Below, one piece after another: positions 63,116 through 64,000 of a stretch of 64,000 nt of DNA (position 1 is the stretch's first letter; each line of letters opens with the position of its first letter). The notes below the pieces were generated by a model that was not told where the DNA came from, made no database searches, and saw only the letters and a list, made by a program, of their open reading frames with translations. The DNA is taken from assembly GCA_964016885.1 (NCBI GenBank), contig OZ024741.1, forward strand, positions 127,348,001 to 127,412,000, given 5' to 3'. This DNA is from Eledone cirrhosa (lineage: Eukaryota). The position numbers and the translations under genes were made by a program.

Positions 63116-64000
63116 GTAAATGGCTGTTGGTAATCTATACAAATGCACCCAGTATATTAAATACTGTGAATAAACATTCTAAATATGACATATATACACT
63201 GTAAAGATGAAATTATAAGTACAGGCAATTATATTCTTTAAAAACAGCATGTGAGACAGAGTGGGTATTTCTTTGTACTTACCTAAACACTCACATAACC
63301 GACAGCCTCTACAATCAGTTACATAACCGTATGACCGCTTGATACAATGTGTGATAGGACATATATGACGCTTGCAGCGAAGACAACCCTTTTTTGTGCG
63401 TTTGTAGCCGTACTTACAACCCGCTTACACAATCTGATTGGACATTTGTGTGGAGCCTTTGAACACTTACAGGTCTGACGATTCTAGTGATCCACTTCAT
63501 ATTTACAGGAAATAGAACAGTTGTTTTCATATGCACACCCTTATATAAATTTATATACATATGATGTGTGTGATTTTTATACACTTATATCACTAACAGT
63601 TATATGTTTTTGATGTAGTTGTATTTTTAATGCAATGTGTGTACAAGAATGGCATTTAAATACATTTGTGTGCGCACACACACACATACAATTGCTTCAA
63701 ACATACACCTATCCTTTAACTACAAATATTTGTATTGTCTACATCTCTAGTTTCAGTGACTCAAATAATTTCACCTTTAGTCAGCCATTAATGAGAAAAT
63801 ATTTTGGTATTTAAGCCTGCAGATGAAAGTTGGGTATTATTTATTTATTTTGTTTTTTTAATATCAGTTAGTTACAGCCATATAAAGTTGCAAATTGGCA
63901 GAGATGTTAGAACATTGGAGAGGACACTTTCGGTATTCGTTCCAGCTTTTTGCACTCTCTGAATTCAAATCTCACCGAGATCAACTTTGCTGTTTTTCCT

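Noticed and set aside
63240-63520. CpG-richer non-repetitive patch downstream of the gene
   Set aside because: No ORF, structure or second copy found; may be 3' UTR or an unrecognised repeat.

Overview
AT-rich, repeat-dense animal genomic DNA, most likely an octopod cephalopod. This is inferred from the tRNA/CORE-type SINEs, RTE LINEs with (ATG)n tails and abundant TA/CA/CT microsatellites. One host gene is recognisable: a spliced + strand homologue of GARRE1/KIAA0355. Six phase-compatible GT-AG exons at 37274-59998 give 822 codons from the ATG at 37285, with a possible upstream exon at 36601-36699 and an ambiguous 3' end at 62112-62345. The rest is transposon-derived: a near full-length disrupted RTE LINE (9176-12605, minus strand) with a C4HC3 PHD-type finger inside its RT domain, many RTE 3' fragments, a Rex3/Expander-like fragment, CRE-like and mariner relics, hAT elements with TIRs and 8-bp TSDs, TTAA MITEs, Helitrons and several modular SINE families. 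The most notable observations are the PHD-in-RT RTE family that lands in (TA)n tracts, a Helitron head-to-tail CTAG|TC junction, inverted SINEs bracketing the largest GARRE1 exon, and a 490-bp intronic fold-back. Most short ORFs in the supplied track are spurious. Homology calls rest on motif recognition from memory; no database searches were run.
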